A DNA stretch of 17,241 bases from Cyanobacteria bacterium UBA11368 (GTDB lineage: Bacteria > Cyanobacteriota > Cyanobacteriia > Cyanobacteriales > Aerosakkonemataceae). A program made the position numbers and the translations under genes. Under the pieces are notes generated by a model. That model was not told the DNA's origin. It did not search any database and saw only the letters and a list, made by a program, of their open reading frames with translations. Shown one piece after another: positions 6,073-13,513 of this stretch. The first letter of the stretch is position 1. Every line of letters starts with the position of its first letter. Where the stretch lies: the NCBI GenBank assembly GCA_003501785.1, contig DNOW01000491.1:3989-21229 (forward strand), written 5' to 3'.

Positions 6073-9000
6073 TCAAACTGTCACGCCTTCTAATTCTTCA
6101 TCTGTCAACTCATACAATTCGCGCAACTTCTGTAACTTCTCCGGATCGGCTTCCCAGAAACCCCGTCCATGCGCTTCTAACATTCTGCCGATAATATTGC
6201 GAAAAGCTTCCGGATTTGCCTCTCGCAATTTCTTCGCCATTTCTGCATCCAAAGCATAAGTATCCGCCGCCTGATCGTAAACCCAATTATCAGTAAAATC
6301 AGCCGTACCGCCCCAACCAATTAATGCCGTCATTCGCTGCGAAATTTCATACGCGCCGCCGCTACCTTGATTTGCCATTGCATCTGCCCATTTAGGATTT
6401 AATAGCTTCGTGCGATATTCCATCCTCAGCAAATCTTCTAAATTGCGCGGCGTTGTATCTTTCGAGAAACTTTCGACAAAACTAGCATTAACTTTCTTAC
6501 CTTGTTGTTTCTCCGCCGCCTTTTTCAAACCACCCGTATTGGCATAATATTCTTGAATATCGGTTAAACCATATTCAACCGAATCAATTTCTTGCACCAC
6601 GCGGCGAGTAGTTTGCAACAGTTGGTTTAAAACTGCCTTGCGAGATTGACCTTTATCATTTCTGCCGTAACTGAAAGCATTGCGACTTGACCAAGTATCC
6701 GCCAACTCTTCTCCAGAGTCCCAATTTCCATCAGTCACTCGCTCATTTACTAGCGAACCAAAATCGCCAGCGGGGTTCGAGAATAGACGCGCAGTGGGAT
6801 TGGGGATATTTTGCTCGCGCATCCCCAAAACATGTTTCCTGATAAAATTCATCTCCTCCGGTTCATCAACATCCGCCGCCCGTTGAAACAAGTCATCTAA
6901 CAACTCAATAATATTGACAAAACTATCGCGAAAAATCCCCGAAAGATTAGCCAATACATCAATCCGAGGATGCCCAACTTCCTCCAAAGATTTCAACTCA
7001 TAACGCACAATCCGCCCCGTACCTTCCTTGACGGGTTCAGCACCCACCAACTCTAACAAAATCCCCAAAGATTCACCCTTAGTTTTAATCGCATCCAACC
7101 CCCACAACATAACAGCAACCGTCTCCGGATATTCCCCATGTTCTTCTAAGTGTTGATCGATAATTTTCCGGGCAATTTCCCTCCCCCGTTCGTAAGCACC
7201 AGCAGAAGGCATCCTATAAGGATCTAAAGCATGAATATTCCGCCCCGTAGGCAAAACACCCGCACCATCTCTTAACAGATCGCCCCCCGGTGCAGGAGGA
7301 ATATACTCCCCATTCAACCCCCGCAACAAATTCCTCAACTCCTCCGTATTCTGCCCCAACAAATCTCCAATCCTTCTCTCCTCTTCTTGGCGTTCTTGGC
7401 GTCTTGGCGGTTCGTTATCTTCCTCTCCAAAATAAGCATCAAAATACGATGCCAACTCCTCATCCGTCGGAGGTTCACCCAGCGTATGCAACCCCGAAGA
7501 AAACAGACGAGTTTCCAACACTTGCAAATACTCGTACAACTTGACTAAATAATCATTAAATGCATGGGCGCTGAACATCCGGACATTCTCCGGCGTAAAA
7601 GAAATCCCCAACTTTTTAGCATCCTCAAACGCACAATCGGCATCCAATCCAGTATCGACAATCTTCTTACAAATCGCCTCCTTAAGCGCATAATTCTTTT
7701 GCGGATCTTCTCGATATTCTGAGATTAAATCTCGCAGCGCCACCAATTCCTTATACAACCCCGCCCTCCCATAAGGCGGCACGTTGTGAGAAATCAGCAC
7801 CCCATAACCGCGACGCTTCGCCAAGATAGATTCAGACGGATTATTTGCCGCATAGATATACAAATTGGGAATATCTCCCAATAAAATATCAGGCCAAGAA
7901 TAACCTGTATTTCCTAACGGAGATCCGGGCAACCATTCAACCGTACCGTGCATTCCAAAGTGGATCGCAGCATCGGCTTGAAACTCATTTTGCAACCATT
8001 TATAAAAAGCAGCATATTGAGGATGAGGCGTCATATCCCGTTCAAACATTAGCCGCATCGGATCGCCTGCAATTCCCAATGGTGGTTGCACGCCGATCCA
8101 AATATTTCCTAACTCAATACCGCCGATATGATATTCATCTCCATAGGTTTTGATGCCGCTGCTGGTGAGAGATTTCCACTGCTTTTCGATGCGGGTTGTT
8201 AGTAGGTATCCCAGCCATTTATCTAGAGTTTTGGCGTTGACGGTGTTGTATTCGTTTCCATCAAGTATCGAGTCAATAACTGGTTCTTCTTGGCTACGAA
8301 TTTGAGGTTCATCTGCTTGTTTAACGCGGCGGATTAATTCTTCTCCATCTTCGGGTAATTCGCCGATTGTGTAACCTTGTTCTTTGAGTGCTTGGAGTAA
8401 TTTAAGCAAACTGCGGGGGACGTTTAATAATGCAGCCGTTCCCGTTGCACCATATCCAGGCGGGAAGCCGTAGAGAAGAATGGCAACTTTGCGTTCAGAG
8501 GCAGGTTTTTGTCTTAATTCAATCCAATTTTTCAATCTGCCAGTTAAACGCTTGACTCGTTCGGGAATCAGATAAATATCTTCTCCTACTAAACCGCCTA
8601 AAGGTATTGTATCAATGGCTCCATCTAATTCTGGCAAGGCATATAATACGACACTTTGCAATCCCCCAATACCTTGGCGCGTCCAAGAATGGATATCTTG
8701 AATTAGCAAGGGTGCGGCAACGATGTAAGGTATATTTTTGGCAGTTAAAATTTTAACAGCTATTTCTGTTTGGCGCCCGGCTTCCATTGAACCAGCAGGG
8801 CCACCTACTAACGGGAAACCAATGGTAGAGACAATTGCATCTACTTCTACGGCTTCTTTGGAGAGGGTAGCAAAAGGGGAGCTAATCCGTTTCGACACCT
8901 CTATTTGGCGACCAGCTTCTTGATCAACGCCTAATGGCATCTGAGGTTTGCTGGTTTCCCCTTTTGCTAATTTAATTATCGCTTGTTCGTGGGAACTTGT

Positions 9001-9951
9001 CATCCAATCTCGTACAGCAACATGAGCTTCAACGCCATTGATAAAGATGGGCAAGGGAATAAGTCCGGCTTGCTCAAAGTAGTTAATTAATTTTGGAATA
9101 TAAGGCTGTTTGGTTACGACGTGTTTGCGATAAAGTAAGATTCCAACTACTGGACTGGTAAGTGGTAATTCTTCTTTTTTGTCCGTTCCTCTGCTATCTT
9201 GGTCGCAAGTCGGGGCGGGTTTATTTAAGTTATCTGTTTGAGTTGTAAGGTTATTGGTGAAACCCGCCCCTACAAATCTGCGCCGATACCATTCTAAATA
9301 TTGGCGCGGCGATTCAAAATAGCCTTGATATTCAGGATGTAACAAACCCATGTTGGGGGTTTCGACTGGGGGCGGGATTTCTCCTACTTTTAATTCCAGA
9401 TATTTTTCTGCTATTGTCCAGAACATGGAGGCGACGTTATCTGTGCCGCCAGCGTTCCAGTAACCGTAAATAATCAGCCAGTTTCGCAAGTCTTGAACTT
9501 TTTGTACTGGGACGTATTTTAATAGTTTTGGCCCTACTTTTAGGAAGCTGATATAACCGGCGAGTTTGTCTTCTTCTTTGCCGTTGCTGAATTTATCTAA
9601 AATGAATTTAACGGGTTTGGGCATTCCTTTTGGTTTATCGCCAATTTTGAAGGCACCAATTTGAGTTAAACTCATCAATTCTAAGGCTGACTCGAAGACG
9701 AGGCGGATGGGGATGTGCTGCACTCTTTCGCGCAACCACATCACTTGGTCGTAGTCAAAGATTAAACTGGCGAAGAAGACATCTGCGCCTTTGAGGGCGT
9801 CGGCGACGACTTGCGGTGAGGTGTTGAGGGCGCGATCGCTAAACACCCGCACATCCAACTCCGGACAGCGGGAATTCGCTAACTGTGCGGCTTTCCGGTA
9901 CAAGTCAGCGTTGAAGGATTCAAACCCAGCGATTAGAACAATGCGTTTCAT
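6073..9951 (-). CDS. CobN/magnesium-chelatase subunit H family protein (ChlH-like paralogue, possibly cobaltochelatase CobN)
   Basis: A 1292-aa ORF. The N-terminal region aligns with the ChlH N-terminus (ASLIF.YD...PKLLKYVPVQKVQDLRNW...YWNAGGTDN versus ChlH ASLIFIEDL...PTVLKYLPVEKAQDARNF...YWLGGSQEN), but at only moderate identity, so it is not the canonical, highly conserved ChlH. The CobN/Mg-chelatase fold-sized body is present throughout. Confidence 0.8.
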   Translation of the reverse strand: MKRIVLIAGFESFNADLYRKAAQLANSRCPELDVRVFSDRALNTSPQVVADALKGADVFFASLIFDYDQVMWLRERVQHIPIRLVFESALELMSLTQIGAFKIGDKPKGMPKPVKFILDKFSNGKEEDKLAGYISFLKVGPKLLKYVPVQKVQDLRNWLIIYGYWNAGGTDNVASMFWTIAEKYLELKVGEIPPPVETPNMGLLHPEYQGYFESPRQYLEWYRRRFVGAGFTNNLTTQTDNLNKPAPTCDQDSRGTDKKEELPLTSPVVGILLYRKHVVTKQPYIPKLINYFEQAGLIPLPIFINGVEAHVAVRDWMTSSHEQAIIKLAKGETSKPQMPLGVDQEAGRQIEVSKRISSPFATLSKEAVEVDAIVSTIGFPLVGGPAGSMEAGRQTEIAVKILTAKNIPYIVAAPLLIQDIHSWTRQGIGGLQSVVLYALPELDGAIDTIPLGGLVGEDIYLIPERVKRLTGRLKNWIELRQKPASERKVAILLYGFPPGYGATGTAALLNVPRSLLKLLQALKEQGYTIGELPEDGEELIRRVKQADEPQIRSQEEPVIDSILDGNEYNTVNAKTLDKWLGYLLTTRIEKQWKSLTSSGIKTYGDEYHIGGIELGNIWIGVQPPLGIAGDPMRLMFERDMTPHPQYAAFYKWLQNEFQADAAIHFGMHGTVEWLPGSPLGNTGYSWPDILLGDIPNLYIYAANNPSESILAKRRGYGVLISHNVPPYGRAGLYKELVALRDLISEYREDPQKNYALKEAICKKIVDTGLDADCAFEDAKKLGISFTPENVRMFSAHAFNDYLVKLYEYLQVLETRLFSSGLHTLGEPPTDEELASYFDAYFGEEDNEPPRRQERQEEERRIGDLLGQNTEELRNLLRGLNGEYIPPAPGGDLLRDGAGVLPTGRNIHALDPYRMPSAGAYERGREIARKIIDQHLEEHGEYPETVAVMLWGLDAIKTKGESLGILLELVGAEPVKEGTGRIVRYELKSLEEVGHPRIDVLANLSGIFRDSFVNIIELLDDLFQRAADVDEPEEMNFIRKHVLGMREQNIPNPTARLFSNPAGDFGSLVNERVTDGNWDSGEELADTWSSRNAFSYGRNDKGQSRKAVLNQLLQTTRRVVQEIDSVEYGLTDIQEYYANTGGLKKAAEKQQGKKVNASFVESFSKDTTPRNLEDLLRMEYRTKLLNPKWADAMANQGSGGAYEISQRMTALIGWGGTADFTDNWVYDQAADTYALDAEMAKKLREANPEAFRNIIGRMLEAHGRGFWEADPEKLQKLRELYELTDEELEGVTV

Positions 9952-10060
9952 ACCCCAAACCCTGAAATATTTCTTTACTTTTATTTTAAGATCGGTTTCA
10001 GGTTATGGGCTGGGACGGGCAAGATGCCCATCCCACAATAAGCCGAACGACTAAAGTCGC

Positions 10061-10092
10061 GGCTACACAAACAAAGCCCGCCTTCGCGGGCT
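10061..10092 (-). terminator. Rho-independent-like terminator for the minus-strand membrane-protein gene, embedded in a dispersed repeat copy
   Basis: On the minus strand the sequence reads agcccgcgaaggcgggct (7-bp GC stem, 4-nt loop) followed by ttgtttgtgtagcc (T-rich). It lies 34 nt downstream of the stop of the 10126..10689 gene. The same sequence block recurs at 13372-13398 and, inverted, at 13445-13470. Confidence 0.5.
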
Positions 10093-10125
10093 ATAAAATA
10101 CCAGATTTGGTATTAGGTAGTTGCC

Positions 10126-10689
10126 TTATGCTTGGGCTTTAGGCGCGACATCCCGCCTACCCCAGGGTTTGATAATAGAAATAGCAATAATCAGAACAAG
10201 GCTTGCTACTACGATCGAACCTCCAATTGTTGCACCTTTGATGTCGAACATGAACAGCGGATTAGTTAATGCTTTGATTCGTTCTGTTTGGGAAATTGAA
10301 GTGGCAGCATCTGCCCAAGGTTTAAGCCATAATGAGCCAAAGATAATCAGCAATAAAGTTGCTACCCATTTGACGATTACCCAATAAAATTTGAAAAATC
10401 CCCAAACGGTTAACCAGCATAGCAGCGTACCTGTTATAACTGATGCGATCGCAGACGGAATCACGACAAAATCATCCAGCAGTTTGACCGCTAAGTTAAA
10501 GGCGTACAGTTCATCGCCATCGGTCATTTTTAAGCTGCTTAATCCAATCAATACCATGCAAAATGCCGTGCCAATCCAAATCGCACCGGATGTCAGATGG
10601 GCAGAAACTAACCAGTGTTTTGGCAGTCCGGTTAGTTTCTTTCCAGGCCGATCCTTTTTATCTTGGATCGTCATAGAGGGATTGGTCAT
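10126..10689 (-). CDS. Hypothetical integral membrane protein, about 4 predicted TM helices
   Basis: A 187-aa ORF with four hydrophobic stretches (AIWIGTAFCMVLIGLSSL; VVIPSAIASVITGTLLCWL; WVATLLLIIFGSLWL; IGGSIVVASLVLIIAISII) and a basic N-terminal tail. I recognised no specific family. Confidence 0.55.
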   Translation of the reverse strand: MTNPSMTIQDKKDRPGKKLTGLPKHWLVSAHLTSGAIWIGTAFCMVLIGLSSLKMTDGDELYAFNLAVKLLDDFVVIPSAIASVITGTLLCWLTVWGFFKFYWVIVKWVATLLLIIFGSLWLKPWADAATSISQTERIKALTNPLFMFDIKGATIGGSIVVASLVLIIAISIIKPWGRRDVAPKAQA

Positions 10690-10772
10690 TGTTTCCTCTC
10701 AGGTTTTTGCAAAAAGACAAATCTTTCCTCAATCCCCAACGCGATCGCACTGGGAACTTAGCAACAACAATT

Positions 10773-10821
10773 AGAGCGCTCTTGTTTAGTTAGGCTACAT
10801 ATAGTATGCCGCCTAACTAAA
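10773..10821. promoter_or_regulatory. Two adjacent palindromes (agagcgctct; tttagttaggc-N15-gcctaactaaa), a candidate MarR operator or terminator
   Basis: A perfect 10-bp palindrome at 10773-10782 and an 11-bp perfect inverted repeat at 10785-10795 / 10811-10821. They lie in the 181-bp region between the marR stop (10871) and the membrane-protein gene start (10689), both on the minus strand. Confidence 0.35.
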
Positions 10822-10839
10822 GTTTAATCAATATCTGAA

Positions 10840-10865
10840 TCAGATTTTTTGGCTCCCCAATCTGA
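10840..10865 (-). terminator. Weak candidate hairpin just downstream of the marR stop
   Basis: tcagatt-N12-aatctga, a 7-bp inverted repeat that starts 6 nt after the marR stop on the minus strand. There is no strong U-tract. Confidence 0.2.
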
Positions 10866-10870
10866 GCGAA

Positions 10871-11473
10871 CTACGTATTACGCAAAGCAGGGGTTCCAGC
10901 TTGTAGCTTTGCCAACAAACCAATCAGGGTTTCCTTTTCAGCGTCCGTCAAATTAGCCATCAAACCTGTAGTACGGCAGAAGTGATCGGGCAACATTTTA
11001 CACAGTAATTCTTGTCCCTTGGGGGTGATGCGAACGTTTAACATCCGCCTGTCTATAGGATGAGGTTGGCGCTTCACCAAGCCATCGCGTTCTAGTCCGT
11101 CTAAAAGTCCTGTAATCGTGCCTCGCGTTACTCCAGCGCGTTCGGCACATTCAGAAGGTGCAAGTCCTTGTTCGCCAGCGTGGAGTAGTTGCATCAGTAT
11201 GGTGAATTTTCCCATCGATAAACCATATCTGGCAAAATGCGTCTCATATGCTTCGTAGACCTCAGCCGTTGCATTCAAGAAAGCCAAACAAGCCTCTACT
11301 GAAGCGAGATCCATTTCGGGATATTGACTTGCAAGGCTGAGCAGTACCTGTTGATTGGGATGCGATCGCGGCGTTAGCATAGGGGATAATTTGGTGACAG
11401 CCTTATTATATTGTGCGTAATCGGTACGTTCAGCGTAAAACGCATTTCTCCTCACCATCCGCACTCGCTCCAT
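10871..11473 (-). CDS. MarR-family transcriptional regulator
   Basis: A winged-HTH region typical of MarR: LSMGKFTILMQLLHAGEQGLAPSECAERAGVTRGTITGLLDGLERDGLVKRQPHPIDRRMLNVRITPKGQELL. The true start may be an internal Met (e.g. MLTPRS..., giving about 169 aa) rather than the 200-aa maximal ORF. Confidence 0.85.
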   Translation of the reverse strand: MERVRMVRRNAFYAERTDYAQYNKAVTKLSPMLTPRSHPNQQVLLSLASQYPEMDLASVEACLAFLNATAEVYEAYETHFARYGLSMGKFTILMQLLHAGEQGLAPSECAERAGVTRGTITGLLDGLERDGLVKRQPHPIDRRMLNVRITPKGQELLCKMLPDHFCRTTGLMANLTDAEKETLIGLLAKLQAGTPALRNT

Positions 11474-11620
11474 GCAGTTTTGAAATGCTTGAGTTTACTT
11501 AATAGTAAGAATCCCAAAGAGAGAGCTATTTTAAGCAGATACTCGCTCAGAGTTTTACTTGGCGCTGGAGCGCGATCGCATTTCTCTTTATTCAAGCACT
11601 TTATCGCCAAATCAGCAATG

Positions 11621-13075
11621 TTAGGTTTCTACTGCAAAGGCTTCGGGGTCAACGTCCCAATTTACCCAGCGAATGGCTTCACGCGCAGAAGTGAGGTTAG
11701 GAGGAACGCGCAAGACGTGAATATGATTCGTGCTAGGGCAAGTCATTTTCAACAGATGAATCGGTTCGTCATCGATATCCGCCTGAATCTTCAACAGCGA
11801 GTATTCACGCCAAGTATCTAGTTCTACGGCTTCAAGCTCTTGCAGGATGCGATCGTACCCAATTCCTTGAATCAAAACGCGCCGAAGTTCTGCGTTTGGT
11901 TCTTTTAGTAGCCATTGCGATCGCCAATTCTTAGACAAAACCGCTCCGTACTTCTGGGGAATCTCGGTTCCATGCCAAAAATAGTAGCACTCCCACTCTG
12001 ACCATTGAACGGCAGGCTGACCGTCTGCGTGAAGCCGATCGTCTTGAATTCGCATTACCGGAAGGGTCAAGGCAACGACTTTTGTTTTTGTCACCCAAAA
12101 ACAAAACAACCCTGCTTCAACCGCATCTACAAATGGCATCCACACAGCACACAATTGCTCGTGCTGAGGCTCGCTAGTCGTGGAATTAACGCAAACAGTA
12201 GCCCACCCAGCAGCCCACAGAGCCTCCATTTCCTTCATATCTATCGGGTCGCCAGCCCACGCTGCGATAAAAGCAGCATCTCTGGCACTACCCTTCGCAT
12301 CAAGCCACGTACCAAAAGACGGAGCATCCCACGCAGCATCCTCCGCATACTTAGACGCGCGATCGCTGGGATAATCATCTTTAGGTTTCCATCTGGCCCT
12401 AAATGAATCAGTAAATGAATCAGCCCATGCAGATCTAGCAGATCGAAATGCAGCACCACTCCCAGGCTTCTTCACATCATCCCACACAGCATTCTTCGCA
12501 TTAGACCAAGCCAAAGAAAACGCTATACCAAATACCGTATTAAACGCCTCATTCCACAAAGGATTACTGGCAGGTTTCCTGACAACTCTAAGTGCTGCAT
12601 TAAATGCCGCATCAGATGCGGTTTTATACGCTGCATCAAATGCCGACTTAAACGCGCCAGCGTGTGGGGCATCACTTACCGCCGCCAACACTACCTCTAA
12701 AGCAGCCTCCAAGACAGCCTCTAATACCGCATCACTTGCAACCTCACTCACAGCATCATCGGCAGCTTTCCTCGCCGCTTTGTGAGCCGTATCCAAAACA
12801 GCTTTCCTCGATGCCTCAAACGCCTTTTCCCACTGGAAATCATACTTACCACTCTCCCACGCCGCATCAAATGCCGCATAAAACGATTGATAAATCTCAA
12901 CAAAGCGATCGCGCTGATTCAGTGCTATTAAATGTTGGGAAAACGCATCTCGAATTCGCTGTTCGCAAATCTTCGGGTTTTCGTAGTCGATCGCAGCGAG
13001 TCGAGCGATTATCTGTTGAGCCTTGGGCAATAGATCGGTCGGCAACATAGCGCTATCGGTGCGGTTAATATTCAT
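11621..13075 (-). CDS. Hypothetical protein with N-terminal Ala/Trp-rich degenerate repeats and a DUF6745-like C-terminal domain
   Basis: The N-terminal roughly 300 aa are full of xAxDAAW/AAF motifs (AAFDAAWESG, SAFDAAYKTASDAAFNAAL, AAFRSARSAWADSF, AEDAAWDAPSFGTW, ARDAAFIAAWAGD). The C-terminus (YYFWHGTEIP...NAELRRVLIQGIGYDRILQ...HVLRVPPNLTSAREAIRWVNW) matches my recollection of the conserved core of actinobacterial/cyanobacterial DUF6745 proteins (...NAEVRRVMIERYG...LRVPP...TAREAVAWTF). I ran no search. Confidence 0.65.
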   Translation of the reverse strand: MNINRTDSAMLPTDLLPKAQQIIARLAAIDYENPKICEQRIRDAFSQHLIALNQRDRFVEIYQSFYAAFDAAWESGKYDFQWEKAFEASRKAVLDTAHKAARKAADDAVSEVASDAVLEAVLEAALEVVLAAVSDAPHAGAFKSAFDAAYKTASDAAFNAALRVVRKPASNPLWNEAFNTVFGIAFSLAWSNAKNAVWDDVKKPGSGAAFRSARSAWADSFTDSFRARWKPKDDYPSDRASKYAEDAAWDAPSFGTWLDAKGSARDAAFIAAWAGDPIDMKEMEALWAAGWATVCVNSTTSEPQHEQLCAVWMPFVDAVEAGLFCFWVTKTKVVALTLPVMRIQDDRLHADGQPAVQWSEWECYYFWHGTEIPQKYGAVLSKNWRSQWLLKEPNAELRRVLIQGIGYDRILQELEAVELDTWREYSLLKIQADIDDEPIHLLKMTCPSTNHIHVLRVPPNLTSAREAIRWVNWDVDPEAFAVET

Positions 13076-13278
13076 CGCTTTTTCTTACTTAATACCCAGC
13101 TTTTAATGCTGAAGGCAGTCGCTGCGATCGCTCTGCCGAAACTAGCACGATCGGTAATCAAGTTGGTCAGTCATTGCAGTAGCCCTACTTTTCTCCAGGA
13201 TGCAAATATAACCAATAACTACAGTCAGTCAGTTTGAATTCCGCAACTCGGCAATCAAATCGAAACATTTCTTCATCT

Positions 13279-13296
13279 TTCTCTTAATTAAGAGAA
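13279..13296. promoter_or_regulatory. 18-bp perfect palindrome ttctcttaattaagagaa in the divergent promoter region
   Basis: Read directly; it is its own reverse complement. It lies about 200 bp upstream of the minus-strand 484-aa gene start (13075) and about 220 bp upstream of the MVP start (13514). This fits a dimeric transcription-factor site shared by divergent promoters. Confidence 0.4.
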
Positions 13297-13360
13297 TCGT
13301 CGGCTAAAACAGAGAAGGAGAGGGAGCATGTCAGCAATGCAAATCTACACCAACACCCTG

Positions 13361-13480
13361 AAGGGTGCGGCTATACAAACGAGAGCCATCCTTCGCGGGC
13401 TAAAACTTTTAAAGCCTGCGTTCGCGAAGCGTTCCCGAAGGGTAGGCAGGCTTTGTTTGTGTAGCGACACCCTTTAGGGT
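13361..13480. repeat. MITE-like palindromic repeat element, about 120 bp, imperfect inverted arms with terminal hairpins
   Basis: The left arm (caccctgaagggtgcggctatacaaacgagagcc...cttcgcgggcta) and right arm (ggcaggctttgtttgtgtagcgacaccctttagggtgtc) are imperfect reverse complements. Terminal mini-hairpins are caccct-gaa-gggtg and gacaccct-tta-gggtgtc. The arm sequence gcggcta(c/t)acaaac...agcc...cttcgcgggcta also occurs at 10056-10093, and the central core gcgttcgcgaagcg recurs in reverse complement at 956-969. Confidence 0.6.
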
Positions 13481-13513
13481 GTCGGCTACTCTTTTATCAC
13501 CTTCTTTGAGTGT

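Noticed and set aside
6680-9100. Plus-strand ORFs inside the CobN-family gene (6680..6886, 7290..7544, 7845..8153, 8738..8923) and the 6032..6259 ORF
   Set aside because: They are antisense to, or overlap, the 1292-aa CDS. There is no independent evidence for them.
6073-9951. Calling the large gene canonical ChlH (Mg-chelatase H) or definitively CobN
   Set aside because: Similarity to ChlH is evident but too low for the highly conserved bona fide ChlH. Without a profile search, the CobN versus ChlH-like paralogue distinction cannot be made from sequence inspection alone.
9952-10125. Cobalamin riboswitch upstream of the CobN-family gene
   Set aside because: No B12-box-like conserved core is visible on the minus-strand leader, only generic hairpins and a dispersed-repeat copy.
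10121-10774. Plus-strand ORFs 10121..10387 and 10391..10774 opposite the membrane-protein gene
   Set aside because: They are antisense to a CDS with clear TM-helix periodicity, and their own translations lack features.
12005-13050. Plus-strand ORFs (12005..12406, 12180..12374, 12664..13050) and minus-strand 12241..12459 within the 484-aa gene
   Set aside because: They are products of the GC-rich, Ala-codon-rich repeat region of the real minus-strand gene. Their translations are low complexity (Pro/His/Ser-rich).
13328-13477. 49-codon ORF (MSAMQIYTNTLKGAAIQTRAILRGLKLLKPAFAKRSRRVGRLCLCSDTL) preceded by a strong Shine-Dalgarno-like aaggagaggga
   Set aside because: It lies entirely within the palindromic dispersed-repeat element, and its sequence is dictated by the repeat arms. 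It is below the ORF-track threshold and has no recognisable protein features. It is more likely a fortuitous frame, but ribosome profiling could revisit it.
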